From contig JBHGNT010000003.1 in assembly GCA_043228905.1 (NCBI GenBank), positions 18,104,001-18,168,000 on the forward strand: a stretch of DNA of 64,000 nt, written 5' to 3'. The number at the start of each line of letters is the position of its first letter. Position 1 is the stretch's first letter. The notes under the pieces were generated by a model. The model was not told the origin of the DNA. It saw only the letters and a list, made by a program, of their open reading frames with translations, and searched no databases. A program made the translations under genes and the position numbers. Of the stretch, positions 46,833 through 61,300 are shown piece after piece. Origin of the DNA: Azolla caroliniana (lineage: Eukaryota; Plantae; Polypodiophyta).

Positions 46833-49800
46833 ACCTATCTCAAAGGCTTACCAAGTTGATTCATTTGACAATCTATGATCTGAGGATGCGTTAATTTCCT
46901 CGGACAAGTAAACTACATAGCTTTTATGCATTTGGTCTACATGAAAATAACCCAAGAAATGCCCCTGAGTTTTTATGTATAACTCCTCAAATGCCCCTCC
47001 CCCCCACCCTCAACAGAAAAGAAGAGGATGAATTGACCACATGATTTTGGTGGAAAGTCACATGTGAAAATTAAGAATATGAATTGACCACATAATTAGG
47101 GGGGGAAACACATGTAATTGTGACAGACCGGGTTGACAAAAGCTATGTCAGGGAATGACAAAAAAAAACATAAGGCCATTGTGGAGAATCGAGATATAAA
47201 AGAGAATCTCTCTCTATGTATATATATATATATACATATACATACATATTTATTTATTTATTTATTTATGTACATCTATACATATACACGTGTGCAGGTG
47301 TATTCCTTAGTTTTCCCTTTGAGAGTATTTGATATGCATTCTCCTAATGCTTTTGATATTTAGGTGTGAAGACGAGAAATATGATGGTTCAACGAGAAGT
47401 TTACACCAATTTGTTTCGTGTGGCGACCATATGCCCATATGCAGGTCAATTTTACTGGTAGAAGTAGCATTTGGCCATTCGCTTTTGTGCATAATGGCAC
47501 CTACATATAGAGGGGGAGGATGAGAGAGAGGTGATATATGAGAAGTGTGCTCTTATTGGTACTTACAATGTGTTTTCTTTTCTTCCACCCTAAAGTGCTC
47601 AAAAAGCGTTCCAGCTTTTGATATATCATTTGTTATTATTGTCATCACAATCCCAAGTTAACATGGACCACGTTCTCCATATTGTATGGTCAGACTATGA
47701 AATGCAAGGGTATGCCACAAATAGGTCTTTGATGATCATGTATGGAACATTAAAGGGTTCAAAGTTGTATAAATGAGGCACCTCTAGACGCAATTAAGAA
47801 AATAATGGAATGCGAGTTACCCTGCCTAGAAGCTATGGTTGGGATTCCATTTACATTGAGACCATGGCTCACATCTGTATCAAAACCCTTCGATCCCCAG
47901 CTCCTTTTCGAGAGACTTTGATGGACATAAAACTAGTCTCAACACATAGCCATTTCCTTTATAAAACATGCTATATGCCACAACATTTTTGGTACCACAC
48001 TAAAACTCTTTTATTTATGTTTTTATTTTTATTTTTATTTTCAATGATTCGGTATGCATCCCATTATTGTAATTTGTAACCAATTGTCTCATTTGTTCTT
48101 TCTTTCTTATCATTGATGTTCTTTGCCCCCCTTGCAATCTAGGTGATCCAAACCCAAAGTCATGGTGTTGTCATGCCCCCCTAATGTTTTATCTTATCCA
48201 AAGAGGTAATTCAAAAGTTCACAACGATGATTGTTAGAGTGTATAAGTTAGTATAATCACAAATAGTTGTATACAATGTTTTTTTTAAATCAATATTGTG
48301 TTGACATTATACATTCTCTGTGATTTATATCTTTTGTTATCCAAGCATCCTAGTGAGGAAGAACATGGAATGAGCTCAAAAAAAGTATGATTTGTAAGGT
48401 TGGTTAGGAGTTCATGAAGAGTTGCATGGATTGCTTGCACAATGACAAAGACACTCTCTACTTGGTGTATTTTTTGTCAACATCATTAACACCCTTTCAT
48501 TGTTCAATACAAGTATTTGTTGTCTTCACATGAAACACTAAAACATAGTGATTGCATGATTTAGATGCTTATAATTCGACCAACAATTGTGCTTAAATAT
48601 TTCGTGTTCATCTAATGTCAAATGACCATCATATTTATGGATTCCTCGAAGAATTGAAGTGATTTTGACTTTCATTTAATGGTTAGAGATTATAATAAGA
48701 TATTTTAGAAATGATTAAGGAATTGTATGTGAAGTGCAAGTAGGATTGAGATCGAGTTTTACCTGGGTTCAAAAAGTAACATTTGCAATGTTTAGATTAA
48801 ACATGAAAATAAATTTTTGTCGAACGACATAAGTGCAAAAAAAAACGTGGTGTTTGGGGCACACTGTAATTAAAATGGGATGAGTAGAAACACTTTCAAG
48901 GTATTGCGTTCAAACAATATTTCAAATGCAGATAAATTTATCATCGTTATGGTTTATTAGTGCAACAATGAAACAAACTACCAATATTTTTAGTCCAAAT
49001 AAATGTATGATCTAGTATGGCTATCATTGCAACAATCAAACTTTTCTATTTAATTTTTTTCAACTAGAGATAATATTCTGAAATCCAGTCCAACAATAGT
49101 ACTATTGAAGCCTATTTTTTGTGGAAGCATGTGAATGAATCTTTGCAAACATAATTTCATGCCGTTTTTAAATTTTTTTGTCGTCCACGTGAATTAAGGT
49201 GCTACATCCCTTCAAGCTACCTCAGTCATTGGGGTTCCGGATGTTTTAATACCGATAGTATTGAAGATTCACATCAATGCTTGACAATCACACGCCCCTT
49301 CTAATCGAGCAAATCTCTCTTACATATGAAAGATGGTGAAGTAAAGCGTCACATACATTAGAGAAGACGATGGGGGGAGGACCACCATCTTATATGACAT
49401 AGGACTCGAGAGGATAAAAATCAGTACAAACCATTAAATGATCGAAATCATTACATGGTAGAGGCTAAGGAGGAGAAAAAGATGTACAAACCATTAAATG
49501 ATCGAGATCATTACATGGATATTCAAACAAAGGTAAAAGAGGAAATATATAGAAACTCTTTATTATTTTCGCTAAGAACAATGCGAAGAAAAACAAAGCT
49601 TTTACATGCGAAGAAATATAAGTCAAACATGGATCAAGTTATAAGGATTGTAGAGGAGAAGGAACAAAACAAGAGCAATGAGAAAATCCGAGATTGTTGA
49701 AAACAAAAAATTAACTACACCGATTGATGACACTATCCTTTTTGAAAGAGGTCCATGGAAATGTTGATGTGGTTAAGAAAAGAAGAAGAGTTTTATATCT

Positions 49801-49853
49801 TAATCGAACTGTGAGCCCCTCGAAATCTTGATGCCCAGGGGCCTAACTTTGGT

Positions 49854-50027
49854 AACCTAAGAGAGCCTTAGATTGATTTTAAACCAAAGAGAGCCTTAGA
49901 TAGATTTTAACCTAAGAAAGCCTTAGATTGATTTTAACCTAATGGAGCTTTAGATTTGATTTGAACCTAAGAGAGCCTTAGATTGATTTGAACCCTAAGA
50001 GAGCATTAGATTTGAACCTAAAGAGAG
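49854..50027. repeat. Minisatellite, ~6.5 x 27-28 bp (AACCTAAGAGAGCCTTAGATTGATTTT)
   Basis: Direct reading of the units. Confidence 0.9.
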
Positions 50028-50062
50028 TAAGCCAACAAGCAAGCTGATTAATTTTTGATTGG

Positions 50063-50133
50063 GTCCACGTGGACTCGAAGGAGGGGTCCACGTGGACGAG
50101 AAGTAGGAGGCCCAATTAGAAGGGGCCACGTGG
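50063..50133. promoter_or_regulatory. Cluster of three G-boxes (CCACGTGG)
   Basis: CCACGTGG at 50065, 50088 and 50126; the first two lie within GTCCACGTGGAC palindromes. About 0.9 kb upstream of the ATG at 51030. Function is inferred only. Confidence 0.45.
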
Positions 50134-51029
50134 AGGGAGCAAAGATTCAGAGATTAGATTAATTTTTTTGGTTGGATTTTGGGCCTGGAAAAGCGCACCG
50201 CAAAATTCTCAAATTTAATAATAATAATAATAATAACAACAATAATAATAAGAAGAAGAAATTAATATCGGAAAATCAGGATGGATTGCGGACGGGCGAA
50301 TCCAACAGAAAAAAATAAAAAACAAAAAATAAAAAATAAAAAAATAAAAAACCTAAAACGTAGATAATAAATAATAAAAAAGGAAAAAAAAACAAGTTAG
50401 CTTGAGAAATAAGAACAAAATAGATAACGAATTAACTACTAAATTATGCAACACATACATACATATATTATTTGAAGGAGGAAATTAAAATTAAAATTAA
50501 AATTAAAATTAAAATTAAAATTGTTAAGGGGGGGGGTGCTCAAAGCGCGAAAGTGAAAGAAAGAAGAGGAAGACATTAATTATTAGGTAACAAATAAATT
50601 GATTAATTCAAATAACTAAATGAACTAATTATGTACATACTACAGAAAAGAAATTAGTAACTAAATTAAATACTCTTAATTAATAAATATAATTTTAAAT
50701 AAATAAATAAATAAATCGTTCTCTCCCTCTCCCTGGCTCTCTCTGTCTCTGTTGTCTCTGTCTCTTCCGAGGAAGAATTAAAAGAAAAAAAAAGTACATG
50801 TCAATCTCTCTCTTTCTCTCTTTCTCTGTGTGCCCTTCTTCTACCATTCATTATAAATTCATTTAGTAATGGAAGCATTTACATATAAGATCACTGCAAC
50901 TCGCACTATATGTACATTACTCGCGGTGCTCTTATGTATTGTACATAATTTCATGTTTTAACCGAAAACTAGCGATCTGTGTGTAGGAATCTTTGTATTG
51001 TTGTTAGCTAGCTCTTCCTCTCATTCGCC

Positions 51030-51279
51030 ATGGATAGAAAGAAGAAGCGAGAGGAGCAATGCATGGAGATGGATCAGAGCAACAACAGTGCAGATGACCA
51101 GGTCATTTGGCCTCTCCTTTCCTTTCCTTTAATTCGTCGATAATATATAATGTCTTCATATCTGTATGCATTCCATACTTCTGATATGCAATTGAAGGTA
51201 AAGTGAGTGAATGAGACCCAAGCAGAGATCGTGATTGGAAATGATTATACCTTGGTAGCGATGGATGAAACCTAGACGT

Positions 51280-51335
<56 letters not shown>

Positions 51336-54300
51336 CACACACACACATACGCAGAGAACGCCAATCAGGGCATGGCTATGGCTGTGGGAATCATACATAG
51401 ACAGACTATATCAGGTTATAGGTTCGAAACCCATGTATTGCTTATTAGTATCGGAGAAGTTACATGTGGTGACCAGAAGGTTACATACAACCACAAATTT
51501 GATTGATTGCTACATCTTAAAAAGGAATGAATGTAAAATATGTAAATAATTTCTGCTCTCTTTTTAGGTGTTCCATGGCCCATTCTTGTTTTTGGGAATG
51601 TGATTGTGAGGATTTGGCTTCCCTTTTTGCTTTGTAGAGTGAAGGTGTGTACACAATGTGGCAAGGGGAGTGTGGGAGTAGTGCAAAGAAGCCTGCTGTG
51701 TGCACAGAGCAGCACTCTGCTGTTCCTTTCAATAGCATGCATTGGCCCTTCATGAACACCAACCTCTTTCCACACCAACACTCAACCATCATACCCACGC
51801 AGGCTAATCATTCTCCTCATCATCAACAAATGCCCCCTGCAGCACCACAACCAACAACACATGCTGGACACCAGCAGCCCTCTAATGTGAACTTGGCCTA
51901 TAACAGCATCTCAAGAGGTTTTGCTTTTCCACCACAACCTTACCCAGGTATTCATTTACTACCACTACCACTACTTCTTCTTCTTCTTCTTCTTATTTCT
52001 CCATCTTTTGATACCCTCCTATGTATAGTCTAGTTGTGCATAGTGGAAGAAACAACTTGTCATATCATTTATATTGTGTGGATGGTTAGAGGTCGTATGC
52101 ATGTTTATAATGAATTGTTGCATATGTAAGCTTATTTGTGACATCTCATTGTTTTACATGCTGTATGCTCTGCTTTGGAAATTAGGATTTCTATGGGAAT
52201 TAAAAACTTCTTCTTATTTCCCCATCTTTTGATACCCTCCTTTCTATAGTCTAGTTGTGCATAGAGGAAGAAACAACTTGTCACATCATTTATATTGTGT
52301 GGATGGTTATATGTCATATGCATATTTATAATCAATTCTTGCATTTTCAAGCTTATTTGTGACATCTCATTGTTTTACATGCTATATGCTCTGCTTTGGA
52401 AAGTAGGATTTCTATGGGAGTTAAAAAAATTTGTTGCGTCTTATTGTTTTGGATCAGTTGAAGCCATATGTGAAAGTTAGATTTTGTCAAATGTAATTGT
52501 GTGTTGCCTTTTACTGTTAAGGACTATTTGATGATGATGTTTTCTTGCCTAAGTTGGTTTTTTGCATATGGAAATTATGTTGCATCTTTGTGTTTTGGAT
52601 TTGCTGGTATTCCTACATACATTCTGTAGGGCGAATTCATATCATATGTTTTTTTGTTTTGTTTTGGATTAGTTGATGATATATTGCAAACCTCTCTTCT
52701 GTTGGAATGACATCGTGCGGCATTGTGTTTGCATTACATCTCTTATTGTTTGGGTTGGTTTGATGCTATATTCAAACAAAGTAGCTGGATTGCAAATTTC
52801 TGTTTTTGCATTTCATTGTTTTGATAGTATACAGTCGATGCATGCTGGATTTGTGGAAGAAGGAAAATCTTCTAAAAATTGCAGTCTTTACTGTTTCTAT
52901 ACCAGATTCCTATATTTTGCAAGACTTTGTGACTTGTGGTCAAATTGGTATCTACATTATCAAATTCGCTATGTCAAATATGAATCAGTAAAATGTATTC
53001 GCATCCAAAAATGCCATTTTTTGTTCACCTGTAAATTATTTTTTTTGCACTGTAAATTTTTTGATGACTGTGATTAATCTTCCATATCCAGGCCAGTGGG
53101 ACCCATTGATGTGGTGGATGCAACATGCACACCAACAGGCTTTCTATCCATTCATGCTACCAGGATGTGCAGGTGGTGTTCCTTATGCTACGGCTGCCCC
53201 TGTATCACCGGGGGTGAACCAGCGGGGTTTTATCAAACCTCCTCCTGGGCTCCCTCACCAACATTGCCAAATGTGGGAAATGCAGGTATTAGAATCGCGA
53301 CTATTTTTTCAAGGAAATATATAGAAACTTAATTTGTGCCCACCAGCCTATGTTTTCTATATTTTTGAAAGCACTTGATCAATGTTTTTTGCTTCTTTTT
53401 TCTTGGGGGGGGGGGTGCGGGGCACTCAGTGGGATGGGATGGATGTTTAGGTATGAACCAAATGGAAAATTTGTAATAGATTTTTAATCCAATGCTGAAA
53501 GTTTAAGCTATCATCTTTTTTAGGCACACGAATTTTGTATGTATGCTATATTCTTTCATTTTGCCACAATTCAAGCATTCCATTATCTCTATCTGTCTGA
53601 AATTCTTATGTTGCAACTGCAATTCCAGTCAACAGAGAACATGCAGCTTTGGGCAATGGTTGCACAGCTTTCAACGGCTGTAACTCGATCTGATGCTGAA
53701 ATAACATATCAGCGTGGAAAGATAACAAAGCTAGAAAATGATTTACAACAAGCATTGGCAGTGTTGAATCGAGGTGTAGAAGATCATGATCCATTGGATG
53801 CCATGAAGACTAATGCAACTATTCTTCAACCTCACACAAAGATTACAATGAACACGACAACAATCCCTCATACGAAAATCCGGAGAGAAAGAATAAAGAG
53901 AGGTGGTTCAACGGGACCAGTTGCTATTGTATGTTTACCAGCAATGTCTCAACCTTCATTAGTAACAAAAGGAAGACCTAGAAAGGCTAGGGGAAGCCTT
54001 GGTCAAGTTGAAGAAGGATCTCAACTGAAAACACTAGTTAATGATAATGCTTCACGGCATTTGAAAGCATATAATTCTAGCATCATGTCATTATATACTA
54101 GCAGTAGTGATCTTCGAGAGGATCAACAGCAGAATTGTAGCCCGAGCCCTGAAACTGATATTAACGGTGCGTTGTGTTGTGATGATCGAGTTCTTCCAGA
54201 GGATAGACATGGAAAGTGTAGTCTGGTTTTGTTAGCAAATGGAACCGAACGTGCCGAATGTGATAAAATGGTACTTGAAGGTGTACTTAATGTCAATTCT

Positions 54301-54792
54301 CAACAGTATAGTCCTCAAGTGATGAAGGATCAATCTGGTATGGTTGCTGCAGCCACCAAGAAGTTATCAACTCTATTGAATGATGATGATACAAATCGAA
54401 TGAGTGATCGAATGGGAGTGAATGATGAAAGGAATCGAGCGAGTGATCAGATGGTAGGGATGAAGGAGGAATGGATCGATGATGATGATGAGAGGCAGAA
54501 GAATAAAAACACACACATTACAACTTCATTGTTAGGAGGAATTGGCTTACTCAATACACAACATGGATTTGGAAGAGAGAACAATGGAGCAATGGTTAGT
54601 TCTACAAAGATGGCTCTTGATTGGCATTTGGCTACAGGGGGGATGGGGTCTAATGAGGATGTTGTGAACTCTGGGCAAGATGATAATGATGTTACAGTTG
54701 TAGATCATGAAAAGGCCAATACCTATTTCTCTCTAAGTTCAAGTCCATTGATTCCAGAAAAAACCAGGATTGCTAATGCATGGAGACTCTAA
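51030..54792 (+). CDS. Uncharacterised 4-exon gene (51030-51101, 51638-51947, 53092-53285, 53629-54792; 579 aa) with P/Q/H-rich N-terminus, coiled coil and AT-hook-like KGRPRK
   Basis: GT-AG introns with consistent phases (72+310+194+1164=1740 nt). Core QRGFIKPP..HCQMWEMQ|STENMQLWAMVAQL..KITKLENDL. Confidence 0.75.
51284..51333. repeat. (GA)n microsatellite in intron 1
   Basis: Direct reading. Confidence 0.95.
51987..52427. repeat. Diverged tandem duplication 2 x ~221 bp in intron 2
   Basis: CCATCTTTTGATACCCTCCT at 52001 and 52222, colinear afterwards. Confidence 0.9.
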
Positions 54793-56043
54793 AGAGAACA
54801 TTCCTAAGCTTGACAACCATTATACAACTAACCCTAAACATGAATTCACGATTTATTGTAGGTATTTTTCGATATTCCAAAGAATATCTTGAAAAATGCT
54901 CATACATCCATACATACGTATAAATGCATGCATCTATGTATGTACACACGTATGTATGTATGTATGTATGTATGTATGTGCTCCCTACATCCATACATAC
55001 TCCTAGGCATTCATTTAAAAGTTTTACAGCAATTTGAAACAAAAGATGGAAGACTGATCTTGGGATGTATGTGACAACAATGGATGTTGTGATGGTCTAT
55101 TCTACAAGACTACCGAATTGATCCTGAAAAGGGCCTTGATGTCTTTTTTAACACCATCATTCATTTCCTATCAACTGCATAGTTTGATTTATTGCACAGA
55201 TAAATGCCTGCGATTGATGATAATGATTAACTCCGATTGTAAGCAGAAAAGAGCAATATTGAATTGTATTAGTTGGAGAAGAGATGCAGATAATAAATAG
55301 GGCTAAACAACGACTGCAGTTTATAGTTGAATGGATGTGTGTGCATTTCATTCCATGTGATCTCCACAAATTTGGGTCTTGCTTGTGATTGAATTCAAGT
55401 GTATGATAAGGTTATTAATCGAATGAATGCTCAATTCTGCAATGGGGCTTTTACCAAATGATCCTTGACCTGATTTTGTTTTGTCGCTTGGATTATGTGA
55501 AAGTTAGTAGATTAGGGGAAGAGCTCTTGAAGCAAATAGGTTTTGTTTGTAGTTATTTAGCACGAGTCTGATATTACAAGTTAAATTCACAAGCAGAGGG
55601 GTAATGTTGGTCTTGTTTGATTCCTAAACACCAGGAATGCATGTGGAAGCCATGGATGGGCTAACTGTTGTGCCTGATGCACTACTGTAAACGGTATAAA
55701 TCATAATATAATGCAACAGTGAGAAAAGACAGCAAAATCTATGGCTTTGGTGTCCCATTACTTACACCACAGCCAGAGTTTGAAGGTCCTGTGGGTTTTT
55801 TATAATAGACTTCTCCAAAATGTATATACATCCAATATGTAGTGAAAGGATGGGATAGTGGGGGAGTTTCATAGAAATATAGGGGTATGAAGATGATAAA
55901 CCTACACTATAGTGGTGCCTAATTCTTAACAAATGCGGGGAGTTACCATTCCGTGCTCCCCCAATCTTATAGTTACATGTTTGTTTTTATTGTCTAGGCA
56001 TTGTAGGAATGCAAACAAACCACCTACACCACCAACTTTTTGA

Positions 56044-56233
56044 CCTTATCAATTGTTTCCGTAACTATAGGAATTGTGTTTGGCAAATTTCCCCTGATTC
56101 AATCAAGTTATGCAATGTAATAATAAGGGGCTCAAAAAAGTCCTTATCAATTGTTTCCATAACTATAGGAATTGTGTTTGGCAAATTTCCCCGGATTCAA
56201 TCAAGTTATGCAATGTAATAATAAGGGGCTCAA
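56044..56233. repeat. Tandem duplication 2 x ~98 bp
   Basis: CCTTATCAATTGTTTCC.. at 56044 and 56142. Confidence 0.92.
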
Positions 56234-56504
56234 GTTGAGTAGCAATGTCAAGTGATAGCAGTTTCCAACGTTGGGCAGTTGTGGCCCTACAAAGGTGTAA
56301 CAAAAAGACATCATTGTGGTCAGCTCAGTTGACAACGACATCTAATTTGATCGATCAATGAAGGCTATAAAAATAGATAGATTATATTATTGTCTTCGGA
56401 GGTCAAATATGACCTATGAGATAAGAGGCAAGACACAAATACAAATAGAAACTTGGATATTGACATACAGATTACACGTTATAAATTACATATTCATTAT
56501 GTAC

Positions 56505-57151
<647 letters not shown>

Positions 57152-57273
57152 AACTCTAACCCCATCCATAACTAGTGACGACGAAGCAGAAGCAGAAGCA
57201 GAAGCAGAAGCAGAAGGAGAAGCACTATATTTAATACATACAGACAGACAGGCGCACACACTTTGGATCAGCA

Positions 57274-58672
57274 ATGGCGATGGTTCTCGCAGCCTCCTCC
57301 GCCTGCTCGACCATGGCTTCCTCTTCGCTAAGCTTTACCAGGGCTCTCTCTCCATCCCTCACCTCCATATCCTCTTCTCCATCATCTCGCCTCAGTTCTG
57401 CGTCGCTTCAATCATCTCTTCCATCGCTCTCTTCGTATCCTACGAGTAAGCCCTTTTGCGAACTCACCTGTCTCCTTTTTCCTCTCTCAATTTGCTTGAC
57501 ATATAATCTTTTCTGTTAGATTTTCTCTCTTGATTTCTCGGATAGGTAAGCATTTCTTCCACATATACATGGTAGAAAGTTGTTTTGTTTGATTTCTATT
57601 TTATTTTCAAGTTCGTTTCTTGACATGGAAGCTTCTTCCTGTCGTAGTTGTCTGTGGAAGAGGAGACAAGAAAACTGCCAAGGGGAAACGCTTCAAAGGC
57701 TCGTATGGAAACGTATGTACCCAGTATTTTTCATCAGTTGTAAATTATTTAGTGCCATGGATCGCGAATTTGAATTTTGGGAATGTCAACCTAGTTTCTG
57801 GGACATTTTCGGCAAATTTTCTTGATCATTACTCTGGTTTTTGCATCATTAATTTTGTTTCGAAAATGCTAGAGTGCAATCTTGTTTCTGATTATTCATT
57901 GTCCATGTTGTTGCATCGTCATTTTATTTCTTTGGAATCATGAAATTGGTTTCACATAATGTTAATCTGTTTTTTCATAACTTCTGAATGGTCATTAACT
58001 GCTTTATTCTTTGCATTTGCATCAGTAAACTGGTTTTTGGTTTCTTGAATCATAAATTTCGTTTTTGTAACCTATGTTAAGGTATTTCTTCTCTGCCCTT
58101 CATCTTCTCTCATGATTTGTTACTTCAGGTAATTCTTCTCTTCACTGCATTGTGGTCCTCATCACACTCTTTCGTGTTTCCTAACTACAATTTTGGATCC
58201 TTAATCTGGTTATATATTTGGCTGACGTTTATCTGTTGTTAATTTTGGTCTTTCTGGTCTGATTTCATGCCATTCTCAAACAGTTCATTTCCTGATAACA
58301 TTTTGGATCCTTACTCTCATTGGCTTGATACTTGTTTGTTGTTGGCTAATGTATTTTTTGCATTTTCACAATTGGCCATTTTCACACATATCATGTTCCC
58401 TTATTAGGTTTTGGATCCTTAATCTTGTTCGCTTGAGATTTGTTTGAAGGTCTTTCTTTTACACAATATGCAGTTATGCTCATGATTTCATAGCCATGTT
58501 TACATATTTGGTTTATGTTTTGTTTTACCAGTCAAGGCCAAGAAAGGCCAATAAGGGTACAGGGCTTGCCCTGATCCCATTACCACCCCGGCCACCAAAG
58601 AAAGACCCCTTGGATGATGGTGAATTTATTGAGATCATCATAGATGATAATCTGTTTGCCAAGAAGGCATAG
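57274..58672 (+). CDS. RPS31: Plastid 30S ribosomal protein S31 (PSRP4/bTHX); exons 57274-57445, 57648-57712, 58532-58672; 125 aa
   Basis: Ser-rich transit peptide, then IVCGRGDKKTAKGKRFKGSYGN|SRPRKANKGTG..PLPPRPPKKDPLDDGEFIEIIIDDNLF. GT-AG junctions are in phase. Confidence 0.9.
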
Positions 58673-59889
58673 AAGCACGATTTTTTGAGCTAGTTGTATG
58701 AGATGAATCCAAGTTTTTTCTTTTTAATGTAAAGATTTAGTCATTCCTGAATGGCTCAAGTTTGTTATGTGTCTTCTTCATGTTAAGCAAGAAGTAAATG
58801 ACACCAAACATGTAATCTTTTATTGAAATTGGAATGAAACATGATGCTTGTTCGAGCCATTTAATTTCTAATGCTATATGAGTTGATCCCTGTTTTTCCT
58901 TGTAGTCTAAAGGTTTACTCATTCCTAAATTACTCAGTTTTGTGTCTTCTTCATGGTAAACAAGCAAGTCCTCAAACATGTAATCTTTCACCGAACTAGG
59001 AAGGGAATGTCAAGTCATAATTTTTTATTTATTTTTATGTTCTATGCCAATATTGTTTAATGATTTTGTGTGGAAAAGTTGAGCTTGTTCAAGCAAGCCA
59101 TTATGCTATGTCTCAATGTTGAGGTCAATCTACTTGTTTGCCTCTTTGGCTATGTTTTCGGGCTTCTGGATACTATGTGGTTTCATAATTCTTTCTTCCT
59201 AGTGTTGATGAAAATGAAATGATGCATCTCTTGAAGACTGTAAAGATGGTACCGATCAGGAGCATTCACTGTATTGCTTATCAATCATCGATGCTGTTGT
59301 ATGTACAGAGATAAAAATAGAGATATTCCTGAACATGCCATACTACAGACCAGTTCTGGATTTCTTGGACCCAGCTTGATAAATGGAACTTGCTCTTTGG
59401 TTTTATTGGGAGTAAGCATCCAATTTAACACGCGGTATATGGAAGATGATTTTGTGGCAGGCTTTACTTGATGTACTTGTAAAGTCTTTAAATGGAATGA
59501 AACTCAATTGGGTTTCTTCTAGTTTCTAGATGCGTTAGGGAGTAGCGGGTTGTGTTCTGAACACCGAAACTTCTTTTATATTGTCTCTATTTCATTCCTT
59601 GGGCTTTTTGAAATATTGTATCTCCAATCCTCTACCCCATAAAGTCAAGGTCCCTCATTCATTTGTCAAATGCATCTCTAATAAATATGGCATCGTCTTT
59701 ATTTGTGGAGAGATATGGCAATCATTATCTGCATTTCATATTCTTGCTGCCCTTATTTTGGAATTGGAGGAAGATGAACTATGGAACAATTTGTTACTTA
59801 GTTAGATGCGTTTTCTGCCCAATCAATATCCGTGAACCCTTTGAGTCAAAGTAGTACTCCACGCTTGTAGAAGATACCATGATCAAACG

Positions 59890-60560
59890 TTCCACTGACA
59901 TATTGTAACACTCACTTAGCATAATCTATGTGAGTGTTGTGGGGGTTTGCATAAATTGGCTAAGGAGCCCGACTGAGTAGTTGAGGCCTGGTTGGGGTGA
60001 TAGTCAAGTAAATAAGACTTGTGATTATTTGCCGATATTGCGTCGGCTTGCAGAATATGTGAGAGTTTGCACTTAACTTTACATTTCGATCAACGGGTGG
60101 ACTAACACTGGATCTTCCAAACTTGTGGAGCAAGTTCAACACAGAGTTTCATCGTGAGAGTAGGAACCCATTTGGAATCTGAATGCCTTGGTTGCCAAGA
60201 AAATAATGTAAGCCATTCAGGTCCTTCATATCAAACATTTCTAGAAGCAACTTTTTGATCTTCTTTGTCTCGTCAAGGCTTTCTCCATTGATGAAAGGGT
60301 CGTTGACATACAAGAAAAGAAGAGTGGGCTTTTAGGATTGTTCTGGATATACAATGAGTTGTCAAATTAAACATTGAAAGTTGATGTTGTGAAGATACAA
60401 TGTGATCTTCGAATGCCATGCTCTCAGGGCTTGCTTTAGTGACTGTAGAGCAATTTCTTCAATCGTCAAACCATGTCTAGATGTTTGCATCATGTAAATC
60501 ATTTGCAACATTAGGTCAAAACTTTGAAGTGATGGTTAGCCAAGTCCTGAAAGAGAAGAT
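59890..60560 (-). pseudogene. Degenerate Copia RT fragment related to A/B
   Basis: LNLLHKFG..SPPVDRNVKL..PTQYRQIITSLIYLTIT parallels LSMLFKFG..STPLDRTVKL..PTRFRQIVGSLIYLTIT in A. Confidence 0.8.
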
Positions 60561-61300
60561 GCAGACATGGCTTTCTTATTCATACCTACCAAAGCCACCT
60601 TTTGGGTATTTTGAAAATGCTATGTTTGTGTGTGTGGTGTGTGTGTGTATGTATGTATGTTTTTATATTTATATATATATATATGGCCAGCATCACTACA
60701 CAAACATGAGATCTTTTCTATCCTTAGCTAGGCTCTGTGTTTATTTAACTGATAAATTCAATTCGTTCAAGTGAATGTTAAGGTCTTGAGCAAGTCACAT
60801 GTAGGCATCTCATCAACAATGTATGACCTTCCATCAAATAAATGTTAAGGTCTAAAAATGATCCTCGAAAGGATCTTTGACTTTGACCCTTCAAATAACT
60901 AATGATAGAGGAGATGTGATTAGTATTAAGGCTAGAAATAGATGTCCAAACAGAGCGAGCATCTCAAGAGTACCCTGAAAGTGGGTTCAATAGGTGTCAA
61001 CCTTTAAACCATGTCCACATCACCTCCCTCAAGACACGGCTAACCATACAACACCTAGCCCACATTCTACAGTAGGTTATGGGGAACATGCCAATGTGTG
61101 CATTTGCTTGTCAATGACTGTGTTCACTTGGACCTTCCAAATCTGGGGGATGTATGTGTATACATGTGGGAAGCATGCAAAATTAGACTTGCATGCACAT
61201 GCTTCATAAGGTATACCTATCCCTCTTAACTAGCCAAAAACTATATGCTATGAAGCTCAAGATCTACCAATTGAGCCACCAGTTTGGGGTTTCAACTTTA

